This document shows, piece after piece, positions 1-17,113 of a DNA stretch of 64,000 nucleotides (its first letter is position 1; each line of letters begins with the position of its first letter). The notes beneath the pieces were generated by a model. That model was not told the origin of the DNA, did no database searches, and worked only from the letters and a program-made list of their open reading frames with translations. The position numbers and the translations under genes were made by a program. Source of the stretch: the human T2T-CHM13v2.0 reference genome, Homo sapiens; the NCBI RefSeq assembly GCF_009914755.1, contig NC_060938.1; one strand, written 5' to 3'.

Positions 1-819
1 GAACAGACACTTCTCAAAAGAAGACATTTATGCAGCCAAAAAACACATGAAAAAATGCTCACCATCACTGGCCAACAGAGAAATGCAAATCAAAACCACA
101 ATGAGATACCATCTCACACCAGTTAGAATGGCAATCATAAAAACGTCAGGAAACAACAGGTGCTGGAGAGGATGTGGAGAAATAGGAACACTTTTACACT
201 GTTGGTGGGACTGTAAACTAGTTCAACCATTGTGGAAGTCGGTGTGGCGATTCCTCAGCGATCTAGAACTAGAAATACCGTTTGACCCAGCCATCCCATT
301 ACTGGGTATATACCCAAAGGACTATAAAGCATGCTGCTATAAAGACACATGCACACGTATGTTTATTGCGGCACTATTCACAATAGCAAAGACTTGGAAT
401 CAACCCAAATGTCCAACAATGATAGACTGGATTAAGAAAATGTGGCACATATACACCATGGAATACTATGCAGCCATAAAAAAGGATGAGTTCACGTCCT
501 TTGTAGGGACATGGATGAAATTGGAAATCATCATTCTCAGTAAACTATCGCAAGAACAAAAAGCCAAACACCGCATATTCTCACTTATAGGTGGGAAGTG
601 AACAATGAGAACACATGGACACAGGAAGGGGAACATCACTCTCTGGGGACTGTTGTGGGGTGGGGGGAGGGGGAGGGAGAGCATTAGGAGATATACCTAA
701 TGCTAAATGACAAGCTAATGGGTGCAGCACACCAGCATGGCACATGTATACATATGTAACAAACCTGCACGTTTTGCACATGTACCCTAAAACTTAAGGT
801 ATAATAATAATAAAAAAAA
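1..819 (+). mobile_element. LINE-1 3' end (L1PA4-like): ORF2 C-terminus, 3'UTR, poly(A); continues beyond window start
   Basis: ORF 47..601 is the L1 ORF2p C-terminus ([18 protein letters not shown] zinc knuckle). G-rich 3'UTR, TGTACCCTAAAACTTAA end and A-rich tail at ~800-819. GCTAAATGA..AATGGGTGCAGCACACCAGC indicates a subfamily older than L1PA2/3. Confidence 0.95.
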
Positions 820-3800
820 GAATCCTAATATCTTCTTAAGCAATACATATATTCATAGATGAAGGGAAGGTCATATGTGGAATAAATGATGTTTCCCTTG
901 ATTTTCTTCTTTAAAATAGCATAAGGAAGAGGATATATTTTTGTTCTGAATTTTGATTTCCTGATTACAATTATTTATGTGTGAAATGGCATCAGACTTG
1001 ACTACTCATACATAATAATATTAATATGTATGATATGCTTCTGGGAAACATAAAGCTTGTTAGAATTATATTTCTGATTGGCAATGAAAATGAATTAAAA
1101 TGCTTTTACAATATGTTAAAAACATTTTATTAATATACATTTTACGTTACTATCATTTAAATATTGATATATTCTATTATGAATTTTAGTAGAAGTAAGT
1201 CATTAACTTGCATATGTTCCTTTAGGAATTGAAAAACAATTTTTAAAAGATTAAAAATAAAATATTTTTCATTTTAAATTTATTCTCATTAGGTTAAGGA
1301 ATAATATACTTATCTTTATATTGACCTTAAAAATTTAACGGAAAAAACTGATTTTATTCTGTCCAAAATGTCATCAACAGAAACGTTTGACTGTCTAATA
1401 TACATGACAATGATGTAAACTAATCACCTACTGACACTAAGCATATGCTTCTCCCTTTGCTTAGGGCAAAGATGTAGACAATACACATTTTCACAAACAA
1501 ATGAATAAAATGGATTCACTGGTAAGAGACTCTTAAGAAAATACAAACCATGAATACAATAGTGTATGCTTGTCTGTGGAAAACTACAGAAGATATTGGG
1601 CAAGAGAAAGCTTAATGGTGATTAAGAGCCAGACACATGACTCTCAGATGTAAGAACAGAACAGGTACAGAGAGCACAAATGCAAATTATTGAGATAGAA
1701 ACAACCTTTATATGTTTCGGAGACAGCTTGGCCAGGATAGGAGTAGTAGAAGTCAAAGAAAACAGTGTTCACAAACCATAAAGTTAAATTGAATGATTAA
1801 TAGGTATATTTGTTTTAGTTTACCTACCCAGACTAATTTTTTTTTTTAATTTATGGAAGAGAAGGGGTCTAGGAGATTTGGCTTTGCAGTTTGCTCCCTG
1901 CCCTTTCAGCCTAATCTTTAAAAATATGCCACTTAATGCAATTAACATTATAGCAGTTTGAGAAATAAGGAAATTTATTTGATAACGTCAAGCCACTGTA
2001 TAAGCATCTCTCCTTCATAGGGATTCCAACTTGATAAAGCAGCTGTTCATGCTCTTCATGAATTTTCACTTCACGTCTCAACTCAAAATCCATTTCTTTT
2101 GTAAAGTCTGATATAAACTACCACAGAAAGTTTACGGGTTTTTTCCCCCACATTTATACTGTAATTTTTAATATATTTTTACTATAACACATATAATTTT
2201 ATAGTTATAATTTAGTTAGATGTCTGTCTCCCTGTTAAATTACATCTCTCTAATGGGTAACAATATCTTGTTTACTTTGAACCACATGACTGGCAAGCAT
2301 AGTAGATGTTCAGTGTATTTCAGCTTAGCTGAATAACGTAATTGCAACACTGTTTTTGAATCAAGAACAATATACAGTGATTATAGGTTATGAGAATAAA
2401 AAATAAAATGGTGTTCCACATTGCAAATTTTGAGTATCATGTCAAGTACTTTGAAACTTAAGAAAGTAGGGTGTTATTTCAAAAGGGAACATGCAGGCCC
2501 AGCATACCATGAAAGCACTACCTTTACTTATCTATTTCCTAGATGACATCAAGCATACTCTTTCACTTATGGAAATAATAAATGCCATTACCTTCTTAGT
2601 AGAAATGAACATTTATAGCTTGCAATAGTGGAATGAAATTACATAGAAATGTCTTTGTTGAAAATAAATTATGCATGACTTATTTATAAGCTTTATTACT
2701 TACAGAGGTATTAAATATCAGTGTGTAGTATTCAAATAGGTTATAATATCTTCTCTGGTGTCTCATTTTCTATGTACTAATGTCATTTAATAGCATGCGT
2801 ATTTTCTTGTTAACATACATTTTGATGTACTGGTGTTTGTTTTTGAAATTAATTGTAAATCAAGGACTTGTCTTTATATAACTTAAGGTAGAAAAATATA
2901 AATAGAGGGAGCAACTTTTTAAATGTTAGTATTTCTGTTCACTTTCCCCACTATCTTTTAAATTTTAATAAGCTAAAACTCTGCATTAATTATGCAATTA
3001 TCTTAAATCCACAAATGCGACAGTGATTCTTATGCTACATTACAATTATCTGCACCTATTTCACTGCGGCAAACTTGCTCAATGGGGACAAAACAAGATC
3101 CTCTAAAAACAACTATTTTCACCAGTATACAAACATTATGACAGAGGAATACTTGAGAGAGCGCCGTTGAGTGTGCCTGTGAGAAATACAAGCTGTTAAT
3201 GTGTTCTTTTATTTTAGAAAACTTTTCTATGAACTTTCCTTTCATTATCTTAGAAGAAGTGACAAGGCATTTTAAGTTATTTTTTTTCTTACAACAATAT
3301 AAAACTACATTCAGTTTTGTAGTCAGGTTATTATATGAAAAAGAACTTATCTTATTTTTAAAGACCAACCAAATTCAAAAGTCTGCATTCTTTTAAGAAT
3401 AAGCATTTTTCTTAAAGTGTATTCAAAGTTTTTTGAGTTTGTTTGTTTCTTCTTTGAAAACATTATAAAGATTGCAAGGACTTCTGAGATGGAACAGCAC
3501 CAAAGAAGCCTGCTGAAGTAAAAAAAAATTGTAAAAGCACAGATACTTGAAGTAGCTACTTAGACTCACTGCTGTGTTATAGAAATTAAATGTGGTGCTT
3601 TATAAAACAAAAACAACAGATAGGTATAGTTAGCAGTTACTTCATGATAGTCAGATTTAAACAAAAATAAGACCAGAGAGACCAAATGAAAAAGCTGCCA
3701 AACTGGGAATTACACCAAATTTTGTTTATCTGCATAGCAGTATTATTTTATATTGTATATCACATCCCATATCTTGATCACAGGATCTGCAATGATTTTT

Positions 3801-4289
3801 AAAGACAAGTGAAATATTTATATTATTTTAATCTATCAGCTTTTAATATAGTGAGAATTCATTACAAGGATGAAGATTTATTACTCTCATTCACAGTTGT
3901 TTCTATTATATGGAGTATTGTCTGACAATATGTTCCTGAAAGAGAATGAATAACTGTAGTTTAAATCTTTCAATGCTTCACTTATTTTTGTGATAAAACG
4001 TTGGAGATTATGATAAAACATCCTCTATGCTATAAACACAAGTCATACTATTTTATCCTACTAAGGGCCAAGGCATAGCTTTAATTTTGTTACAACTTCT
4101 TCACTCTATCTTTTTACACATTGAATTTCTACATGAAATTATGTTTGTTCCAATAATTATTGTATCAAATTATTAAAAATAATTTAGAACTTCATTTTAT
4201 CTTTCAAAATAAACTAAAAATGGAATTCTGTGCTTTATTATCCTTTTCACCATGTACATCTCTTAAATATGTGGACTGCTGGAAAATTT

Positions 4290-4870
4290 TTTAAACTAGT
4301 TTTTGGAGTGGGAGTTGGAGCCTTGGAAAGTTAACAGAAAGAGTGACATCTGAGTGAATGTGAGAGTTATAACTGATAAATCAAAGAAGCAGGAGCATAC
4401 TGCGTAAGGAAATAGAAAGGTTTGAAACTGTATTAGCGCACAGCAATTCCATAGAATATAAAGCAGTCTCTTGTGCAGTAAAGATTATAGTAGCCGGGCT
4501 TTTGGGGAGTGAGTTATTATAAGATTAGAAATGTAGACTGGGGCCACATTGAGAAGATCATGAACACTTGGGAATTTGAGTTGTATATTATAATCAATAG
4601 GAAGCCATAAAAAATTTTCTTTAGTATGAGACAAACACCTCAACATCAATGTCTGGAAATTTTATTTTCACAGCCATATATTGAAAGAATTGAATAGTGA
4701 GGAGTCTATTGGAAAGCAAGTAATAATTTCAATAATCTGATCAGTATCTCTGGAAGAGAAAAGGAGGGGAAATGTAAGGAACATTGGTAAGATCATTTTG
4801 ACAGAGCTTGACTTTCCATTAATGTGAGTGTTTAAAAATAATTAAACATGACAGCAATTCTAGGACAGTT
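4290..4870 (-). mobile_element. Degenerate L2 fragment (approximate limits)
   Basis: Purine-rich decayed motifs resembling minus-strand L2 (GGGCCACATTG..., AATAGGAAGCCAT..., TTGACAGAGCTTG). Confidence 0.4.
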
Positions 4871-4985
4871 GGCAAAGAGGATAATCAAGACCAAAGCATT
4901 ACATACTGTGCATGTTATGTTGATAATAGTTTAGCCATCACATATGGTCTCCATATTTATGAAAGAAGAAGAAGAGGGAGAAGTC

Positions 4986-5891
4986 GGGGGAGGAGCCAAG
5001 ATGGCCGAATAGGAACAGCTCCGGTCTACAGCTCCCATCATGAGTGATGCAGAAGATGGGTGATTTCTGCATTTCCATCTGAGATACCGGGTTCATCTCA
5101 CTAGGAAGTGCCAGACAGTGGGCGCAGGTCAGTGGGTGCGCACACCATGCACAAGCCGAAGCAGGGCGAGGCATTGCCTCACTGGGGAAGCGCAAAGGGT
5201 CAGGGAGTTCCCTTTCCTAGTCAAAGAAAGTGGTGACAGACGGCACCTGGAGAATCAGGTCACTCCCACCCAAATACTGCGCTTTTCTGACGGGCTTAAA
5301 AAATGGCGCACCAGGAGATTATAACCCGCACCTGGCTCAGAGGGTCCTACGCCCACGGAGTCTTGCTGACTGCTAGCACAGCATTCTGAGATCAAACTGC
5401 AAGGTGGCAGCGAGGCTGGGGGAGGGGCGCCCGCCATTGCCCAGGCTTGCTTAGGTAAACAAAGCAGCCGAGAACCTCGAACTGGGTGGAGCCCACCACA
5501 GCTCAAGGAGGCCTGCCTGCCTCTGTAGGCTCCACCTCTGGGGGCAGGGCACAGACAAACAAAAAGACAGCAGTAACCTCTGCAGACTTAAATGTCCCTG
5601 TCTGACAGTTTGAAGAGAGCAGTGGTTCTCCCAGCACACAGCTGGAGATCTGAGAATGGGCAGACTGCCTCCTCAAGTGGGTCCCTGACCCCTGACCCCC
5701 CAGCAGCCTCACTGGGAGGCACCCCCCAGGAGGGGCACACTGACACCTCACACGGTCGGATACTCCAACAGACCTGCAGCTGAGGGTCCTGTCTGTTAGA
5801 AGGAAAACTAACAAACAGAAAGGACATCCACACCAAAAATCCATCTGTACATCACCATCATCAAAGACCAAAAGTAGATAAAACCACAAAG
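4986..5891 (+). promoter_or_regulatory. L1 5'UTR internal sense promoter and antisense promoter
   Basis: YY1 site CAAGATGGCCG at ~4997-5007; CpG-enriched relative to flanks; SOX-type AACAAA motifs; matches known L1 5'UTR architecture. Confidence 0.85.
5255..5437 (-). CDS. L1 ORF0, truncated to 60 aa by a premature stop
   Basis: MAGAPPPASLPPCSLIS...GVGPSEPG...VGVT* matches primate L1 ORF0 (71 aa when intact). The stop is a likely CGA>TGA change. Confidence 0.8.
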   Translation of the reverse strand: MAGAPPPASLPPCSLISECCASSQQDSVGVGPSEPGAGYNLLVRHFLSPSEKRSIWVGVT

Positions 5892-6908
5892 ATGGGGAAA
5901 AAACAGAGAAGAAAAACTGGAAACTCTAAAAAGCAGAGCGCCTCTCCTCCTCCAAATGAATGCAGCTCCTCACCAGCAACGGAACAAAGCTGGATGGAGA
6001 ATGACTTTGACGAGCTGAGAGAAGAAGGCTTCAGACGATCAAATTACTCCGAGCTATGGGAGGACATTCAAAACAAAGGCAAACAAGTTGAAAACTTTGG
6101 AAAAAATTTAGAAGAATGTATAACTAGAATAACCAATACAGAGAAGTGCTTAAAGGAGCTGTTGGAGCTGAAAACCAAGGCTCGAGAACTACATGAAGAA
6201 TGCAGAAGCCTCAGGAGCCGATGTGATCAACTGATAGAAAGGGTATCAGTGATGGAAGACGAAATGAATGAAATGAAGCAAGACGGGAAGTTTAGAGAAA
6301 AAAGAATAAAAAGAAATGAGCAAAGCCTCCAAGAAATATGGGACTATGTGAAAAGACCAAATCTACGTCTGATTGGTGTACCTGAAAGTGACAGGGAGAA
6401 TGGAACCAAGTTGGAAAACACTCTGCAGGATATTATCCAGGAGAACTTCCCCAATCTAGCAAGGCAGGCCAATGTTCAGATTCAGGAAATACAGAGAACG
6501 CCACAAAGATACTCCTTGAGAAGAGCAACACCAAGACACATAATTGTCAGATTCACCAAAGTTGAAATGAAGGAAAAAATGTTAAGGGCAGCCAGAGAGA
6601 AAGGTCGGGTTACCCTTAAAGGGAAGCCCATCAGACTAACAGCAGATCTCTTGGCAGAAACTCTACAAGCCAGAAGAGAGTGGGGGCCAATATTCAACAT
6701 TCTTAAAGAAAAGAATTTTCAACCCAGAATTTCATATCCAGCCAAACTAAGCTTCATAAGTGAAGGAGAAATAAAATCCTTTACAGACAAGCAAATGCTG
6801 AGAGATTTTGTCACCACCAGGCCTGCCCTAAAAGAGCTCCTGAAGGAAGCGCTAAACATGGAAAGGAACAACCGGTACCAGCCACTGCAAAATCATGCCA
6901 AAATGTAA
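5892..6908 (+). CDS. L1 ORF1p RNA-binding/chaperone protein, full length and intact
   Basis: 338 aa, MGKKQ...NHAKM. Coiled coil, RRM and CTD present; REKG, ARR and YPAKLS motifs retained. Confidence 0.95.
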   Translation: MGKKQRRKTGNSKKQSASPPPNECSSSPATEQSWMENDFDELREEGFRRSNYSELWEDIQNKGKQVENFGKNLEECITRITNTEKCLKELLELKTKARELHEECRSLRSRCDQLIERVSVMEDEMNEMKQDGKFREKRIKRNEQSLQEIWDYVKRPNLRLIGVPESDRENGTKLENTLQDIIQENFPNLARQANVQIQEIQRTPQRYSLRRATPRHIIVRFTKVEMKEKMLRAAREKGRVTLKGKPIRLTADLLAETLQARREWGPIFNILKEKNFQPRISYPAKLSFISEGEIKSFTDKQMLRDFVTTRPALKELLKEALNMERNNRYQPLQNHAKM

Positions 6909-6971
6909 AGACCATTGAGACTAGGAAGAAACTGCATCAATTAACGAGCAAAATCACCAGCTAACATCATA

Positions 6972-10784
<3,813 letters not shown>

Positions 10785-12495
10785 ACAATGAGAACACATG
10801 GACACAGGAAGGGGAACATCACACTCTGGGGACTGTTGTGGGTTGGGGGGAAGGGGGAGGGATAGCACTGGGAGATATACCTAATGCTAGATGATGAGTT
10901 AGTGGGTGCAGCGCACCAGCATGGCACATGTATACATATGCAACTAACCTGCACATTGTGCACATGTACCCTAAAACTTAAAGTATAATAATAATAAATA
11001 AATAAATAAAAAAGAAAACTAATAAAAAAAAAAGAAGAAGAAGAAAGGAACTGGACTATTCACTGGGGGTTTTATAGTTTTACCCTCCAAAAGACATGCA
11101 ACACTTCAAATACATTTCCTTGTCCGGAGAAAAATGAATTAGCTCTATCTAATTGTAATAGGGCTAAGAAGTTTGCCTTTTGCATAGGAAGAAAAGGAGA
11201 ACCAGATATGTTTGTTAGTGAAGCTGGCTACAACTCACAGGTTTTCATGAATAAAGACAAAAGACATACTGAAACATATGAGGAGCCGTGATATATTTAA
11301 GTTAAGAAAAAGAATTACTTGAAAAGAGTATCAAGCACACTTGATGAGGGCTGCACTATGGGGATAAAAAGCAAGTCAAACTAGAGCATATGTATGTACA
11401 TGTACGTATAAATTCCCACATACCTATATATAAAATGTGTATATATTTTATACATTCAATTGCAGGATATAGAGACATACAATGGAAATATTTATGGACA
11501 TATATATAACTTTTTAAAAATTTGTAATAAGTAATATTAACAATGTTTCAGTCATTGAATGCAAGGGACAAATACTAATAGTGTGGGTCTTCTTAAATTA
11601 TTTTCTAGGGACTCTCTTTTTCTTGGAAGTTATGTTTTTTACTTGCATATACAGCCTTCTTTTCTTCTGGACATATATTTATATTATGTATTTTTTTGAG
11701 ATGCATTTGGTAGGAGGATAAACCATAGCCTATATTCAATGTCAATGAACTAGATTCATATTTAAAGAAAAAAACCTTTAGATATCTATCTACCTATATT
11801 TATAACTATCTCTGTGTCCAGCTATTATTTAGTTATTTATGAATTAGCCAGTGGTGTGTGAAACACATGGCTTACTTTGACATCTTAACTGAAAGATTAT
11901 CTTTTCATATTAATATGTGGTTTAGAACACTTATGGCTTAGAACACTTTTACATATTATTAAAGGTAAAGTGAAATACTATGAATCAATTGTATAAATAA
12001 AGCTTAATTTTATTACCTTGTTTTTGAATATGTAAAAGATTATATATAATTATTATAACTAACATGCTAATTAAAAATTATTTATCTTTTTGTCTCTGTT
12101 TAGTGATTATATACATTAGATTCCTAGAATACAAAATTAATAATCAAAGGTATATGTAGTCACTGGATTTGTCAGCCAGTTTACTTCTAGCCCTATGTGA
12201 AGTTGCCAGTCTCTGATCATACCTATTACTATTGTTTATTTTTATTTTATTTTCTTAACATTTTAAGATCTTATTTTTATTTTTTATTTTATTAACAATA
12301 ACATTTTAAAATTTCACTTATTTTTTACTCTTTTTATTTCTCTGAGAAACTTTTCACATATTTGGAAAACTTCAGCTTTTTGTTAGAACTGTTTTATATC
12401 ACACTCTTTTTGTCATACAATTCTTTTTTTTCCCAAGTAATTATTTTTTTATATTATTAATGATATTTTTGTATATTAACAATAAAAGTTTCTCT

Positions 12496-12725
<230 letters not shown>

Positions 12726-12886
12726 AAGTTGTACCATATGTGCATACAAGCACAAATACTCAAACATTTGTTTTGCTGTACATATTTTGAACCATTTTCC
12801 CAACTTACATGCATTTCATATTCTGGTCTTTTATTGTCTCTTAGATAATACCATTGTGTTCTGAAACTTATTCAGACATATACATT

Positions 12887-13081
12887 AGAGATGGGGGTCT
12901 GACTTTGTTGCCTAGACTGGAGTGCAGTGGTAAAATCATTGCTCACTGCTGGCTCCAACTCCTGGGCTGGCTTATTCCTTAGTAGCTGGCTACTAAGTAG
13001 TAGCTCCTTAGTAGCTGGCTAATTTCTAAATTTTTCATAGAGATGGGGTCTCACCATATTTTCTAGGCTAGTCTTCAAACT
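12887..13081 (-). mobile_element. Old rearranged AluJ fragment
   Basis: GAGATGGGGGTCT..TGTTGCCTAGACTGGAGTGCAGTGG and AGAGATGGGGTCTCACCAT. Confidence 0.8.
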
Positions 13082-14059
13082 TATTCATTTTTTTCTTAAT
13101 TATTAGTTGTGGAATTTGAAAAAAATTACTTATATGTGCTTTAATATAACAAACATAAAACAGAAGTCTAAATTTTCCCACCATATATGCAATGTATTAA
13201 AATAATTGATACATTTTACATGCTTAGCACAGTGCCTAATGGAAATTAACTGCTCCATGTATTTACTACCATCATCATCATTTATGTTTTCCCTATTGTT
13301 TTTGTGCTTAAATCTTTTTTTGGCTCAGATAAGTGCTAGATAATGCCAAGAGAATTTCTATATTCATATATCACTTTACAACTTTGACAAATTTTGTGAC
13401 TTTCTAGACTTATTGTCCTTTGAAAATAAAGCAATAAAATAGGATTGGTGTCATAATTTCAACTATAATAACAGAAATAGCAGGTTTTTACATGAATTTT
13501 CTGTAATTAATCTGTCATATATCTGTAAAGCAAAGGAACGCTAATCAATGTTCTTTATTCTCTTACAGAAATGTAACCTTTTGAAAACAACTAAAAATAT
13601 TTTCATTCATTATTTTAAAAAAAGACTTGATATTCAAATGGTTTGTATAGTAATGTTATTTTAAAAGTACTACTTTCAAAAAACAGATTTATACAAATAT
13701 ATGAAAGGAAAGATTGCCATTATGTAAGTATTTCCCTATTTTAAAGAGTAAGTACAGAAAATAAAATGCAGAAGTAAAGTGAAATACAGACATAGATGAA
13801 ATTGATAATTTCAAGATTAAGACAAAATAATTAGTAAATTCTAAGTTTGTATACCACTTATCAGCTTAGTCAAAGAAAAACATTGGTCCATCCACAGAAG
13901 AAAATATAAGGAATAAACATCTTTAGTTGTTTGCATAGTATATGAAAATTTTTTGTTAATTAATATAATAATCTTCACACTTTTCAGAAATTAAAACTTA
14001 ATGTCTTGATTTTCCTGCCTCTTATAATTTGATCCTGCATTTTCTACTAATTTATGATT

Positions 14060-14800
14060 AATGGTGATGGAGATTGCTTTTTTCCTAAGTGTCTGTTTCT
14101 ACCTCTACATAATTATAGAAATTTTAGCCAACAATCTGTTTGCAAAACACTTTTGCTTCTTGATTTGGTCATGTGACAAGACAATGAACAATGGGATGAA
14201 AATGAAATGTCATGTATCAGTTTGAACAGACTTTCTTAAAATCTAGTTGGCATTCATACCCTTCTCTCTATTACTTTGTTCCTTTCTCTACCATGTTGGT
14301 GATTTTGGTCACATAATAAGGATAATTGTGCAGTAAGCTGAAAGAAGCCTGGATCCCAAAGAACTTTGAGAAACATCATGATAGTATCATCCTTGTATTA
14401 CATACATAAACACATACACAAATGAGATCAATATTTTCTTTAAAACAATGCTATTTTACTGTCAGTTTAAAACCAATTTAAAATTTGCTAATACATAAAT
14501 TTTATTCATAACTTGTTTAAACCCTATATGGAATTGACGGTCTAAGCCAAATATTTGATATGCTATTGCTGTGTATTTCGGCCTTCTTTGTAGAAGTCTT
14601 GGAACCATGGGCTTAATTTTGGCCAGTCACCTCTAAGTTGAAGTAATGTGTGCATGTCTCATCCCTACCTCTTTTCTGCTGGAACACTGCCTTTAAGACA
14701 CAAATGGTCCAGACTATCCAGTTAAAATCAAGGAAGGGCACAAGAATTGCATCAGACACTTTGAGAGTGAGAAATAAACTTCTATTGATTTATGCCATTG
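14060..14800 (+). mobile_element. Ancient MLT1 (ERVL-MaLR) LTR fragments (approximate limits)
   Basis: Motifs GGTCATGTGAC..., AAGAAGCCTGGATCCC and GAGAAATAAACTTCTATTG...GCCATTG typical of MLT1. Confidence 0.5.
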
Positions 14801-16319
14801 GGATAGGGCTGGGAGGAGTATGACTCTTGCTAAGTAGTTTAAATGCATTTGCTTCATTTTCTGATTTCTTCAGGTCCACATAGTAAGTCTTTTTTAATAA
14901 GAAATTATTGAAGCCCACAAGAAAGTCCTAAAAGTTTTTTAACAAAGTGCTTTAACACTGCAGACAGATTCAACGTGTGTTGGAACTGCAGGCAACAAGA
15001 GGAAGCAGCCCTTTACACAGGGTGTTTTCTTGTGGCAAATCTCTATAGGATGTGACCCCATGAGGTAATACACTCAGAGAAAAAGAGAAAAGACGGGAGG
15101 AAGGGGGAAAATAGAAAAAAAAATTAAAATATATTATTTCATTAGTGGTAAATTGCAACAATGACAATATTTTTAGACTTGGTAATTTGGAATAAAATAA
15201 ATTTATCTATATCCTAATATGTTGCAAACGTTCATTTTTTTTTCTAATTAATTGAATGAATACTTTTACACACAAAAAAATGTAAAGGACTATTTGTCTC
15301 CACTACTCTTCAGTTATAGCTGTTTTATGTTTTTAGCTATTTGACTACTTGAATATACAGTTTATTTTTCACAATGGAAAAGTCATAAATGGACTTCTAA
15401 AGTGAACAATATAATGCAGAGATACTGAAATATAATGATTGCAATGAGAAGTCAGTTTTAAAACAACTTCTAAAGTGACCAGTATATTGCACAGATACTG
15501 CAATGTTTAAATCATAAGAACTTAGCTTGATGTTTCCCAGTGGAAGTGCTAAGAACCTTGTATATGCTCAAGTACAAGAAAAAAAAGCAAATATTTTATC
15601 CAAATTAAACAATCTAACAGATTAATTTCAAGCTGAAGTTAATAAACTGAGTATGCTGAAATAGAAGCTGAGAAGAATGGATGGAAATTGGGTAAGAAGA
15701 AGTAAAAATCTACTTAATGTAAATTTTTCAGGAACCAGGAAACATAAGAAATAATTCAATGCAGAATAGTTTAGTTCTGTTTGAATGGAATTTATTAATT
15801 CAACAACAAATTTTTAAGTCCTTAGTATAAAATTTGGCTTGGGGGATGATAGAGTTAATGACTGTGAATTAAACAGTAGCTGAACTTTATATTTTTAGCC
15901 TCATGAAAATTGGCAAATAAAAATACTATATTTTAAGAAAGGGTAAAACAATAAAAGGGAAATGTTATTAGTCAATTATAATAAAACTATAAAATCCATA
16001 AGGATTCTGAAATTATGTAACTATTTCATTTGTGAAAATCATTATATAATAGTATACTAAAAAAGTCATTTATAAGGCTTTCCTGTGTAAGTGAAATAGC
16101 TGTATAAAACTTATGTAAAAACTGTCAATTGTTTTCCATTAATTCTGTTTTTATAAAATCTTTGCTCAGATAAAAAAATTTGGGGGGGATTTGAAATTGT
16201 TTGTATTTCAATAATTTTCACAGGAAATTATATCTTTAATTAACTATATTTTCTAAGATCTGTAGAAGCATTCCTTTCTTTTCAAGTTCAGTTTCTTTTA
16301 AGTTGAATATTGTTTTATT

Positions 16320-16460
16320 AATTTACTCATTTATTCATTCAATCATTCAAGAAAATTTGAGAATATTCTATGTTTGAGGCCTTGTTCAGATCTCAAAGTT
16401 AAAATGCTAAGACTATATTGCAGATGTGGTCCCTGCTCATGTGGATCTTACAGTATGCAG
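16320..16460 (-). mobile_element. L2 3' end fragment
   Basis: (CATT)n-like tail ATTCATTCAATCATTCAA followed by ...GGTCCCTGCTCATGTGGATCTTACAGT. Confidence 0.6.
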
Positions 16461-17051
16461 AATAGCCTATCCACATTTCAGAGGCCATGCAAACACAATT
16501 ACCACATGGATAATTTTCAAGGAGTCTAACTTTTAAATTCTTTATTATGAATATTCAGAAAAAGTAAAGCTATATTTTTATATTTTCTCAATTAGTTTCC
16601 CTACATACTGGCATTTATTCTAAGTTAAAAATGTATTGGTGGAAATATGTCTAAACTTTTCATCTTTCTGTTAGACTACATACACCTTGACTGGTGCTGG
16701 AAAGACAAGTGATAGCAACAATTACACCATGTTAAAAACTCCTGGATTGGAACAACTACTTCTCAGTAATATTTAAAGTATCTCTATAACTTATAATGGT
16801 GGCTTATGCAGAGTTAGTACTCAAAACTTATCTTAGCATATACCTAGGTGAGTAAACCTGAGCAAATTTGTGAAATGAGGAATTTAACTTTATATTTTGG
16901 TGACCTACACTCACCAACAATTAATTAGAATATAGTAAAGAAATAGAGAGAAACTAAAAATAGAAATAAATGAAAGCAACCTGCTTCTACATTTATAATT
17001 TTACTCAATGGATGGATATATAGACAGACATAAATGAATACACAGAGATAG

Positions 17052-17106
17052 ATATAAATATAAATATAAACATAAATATAAATATAAATATAAATATAAA
17101 TATAAA
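17052..17106. repeat. (TAAATA)n simple repeat
   Basis: About 9 units visible directly. Confidence 0.9.
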
Positions 17107-17113
17107 TCAGCCC

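Noticed and set aside
655-680. G-quadruplex-like G-runs (also ~10840 and ~39340)
   Set aside because: Standard L1 3'UTR polypurine tract, not locus-specific.
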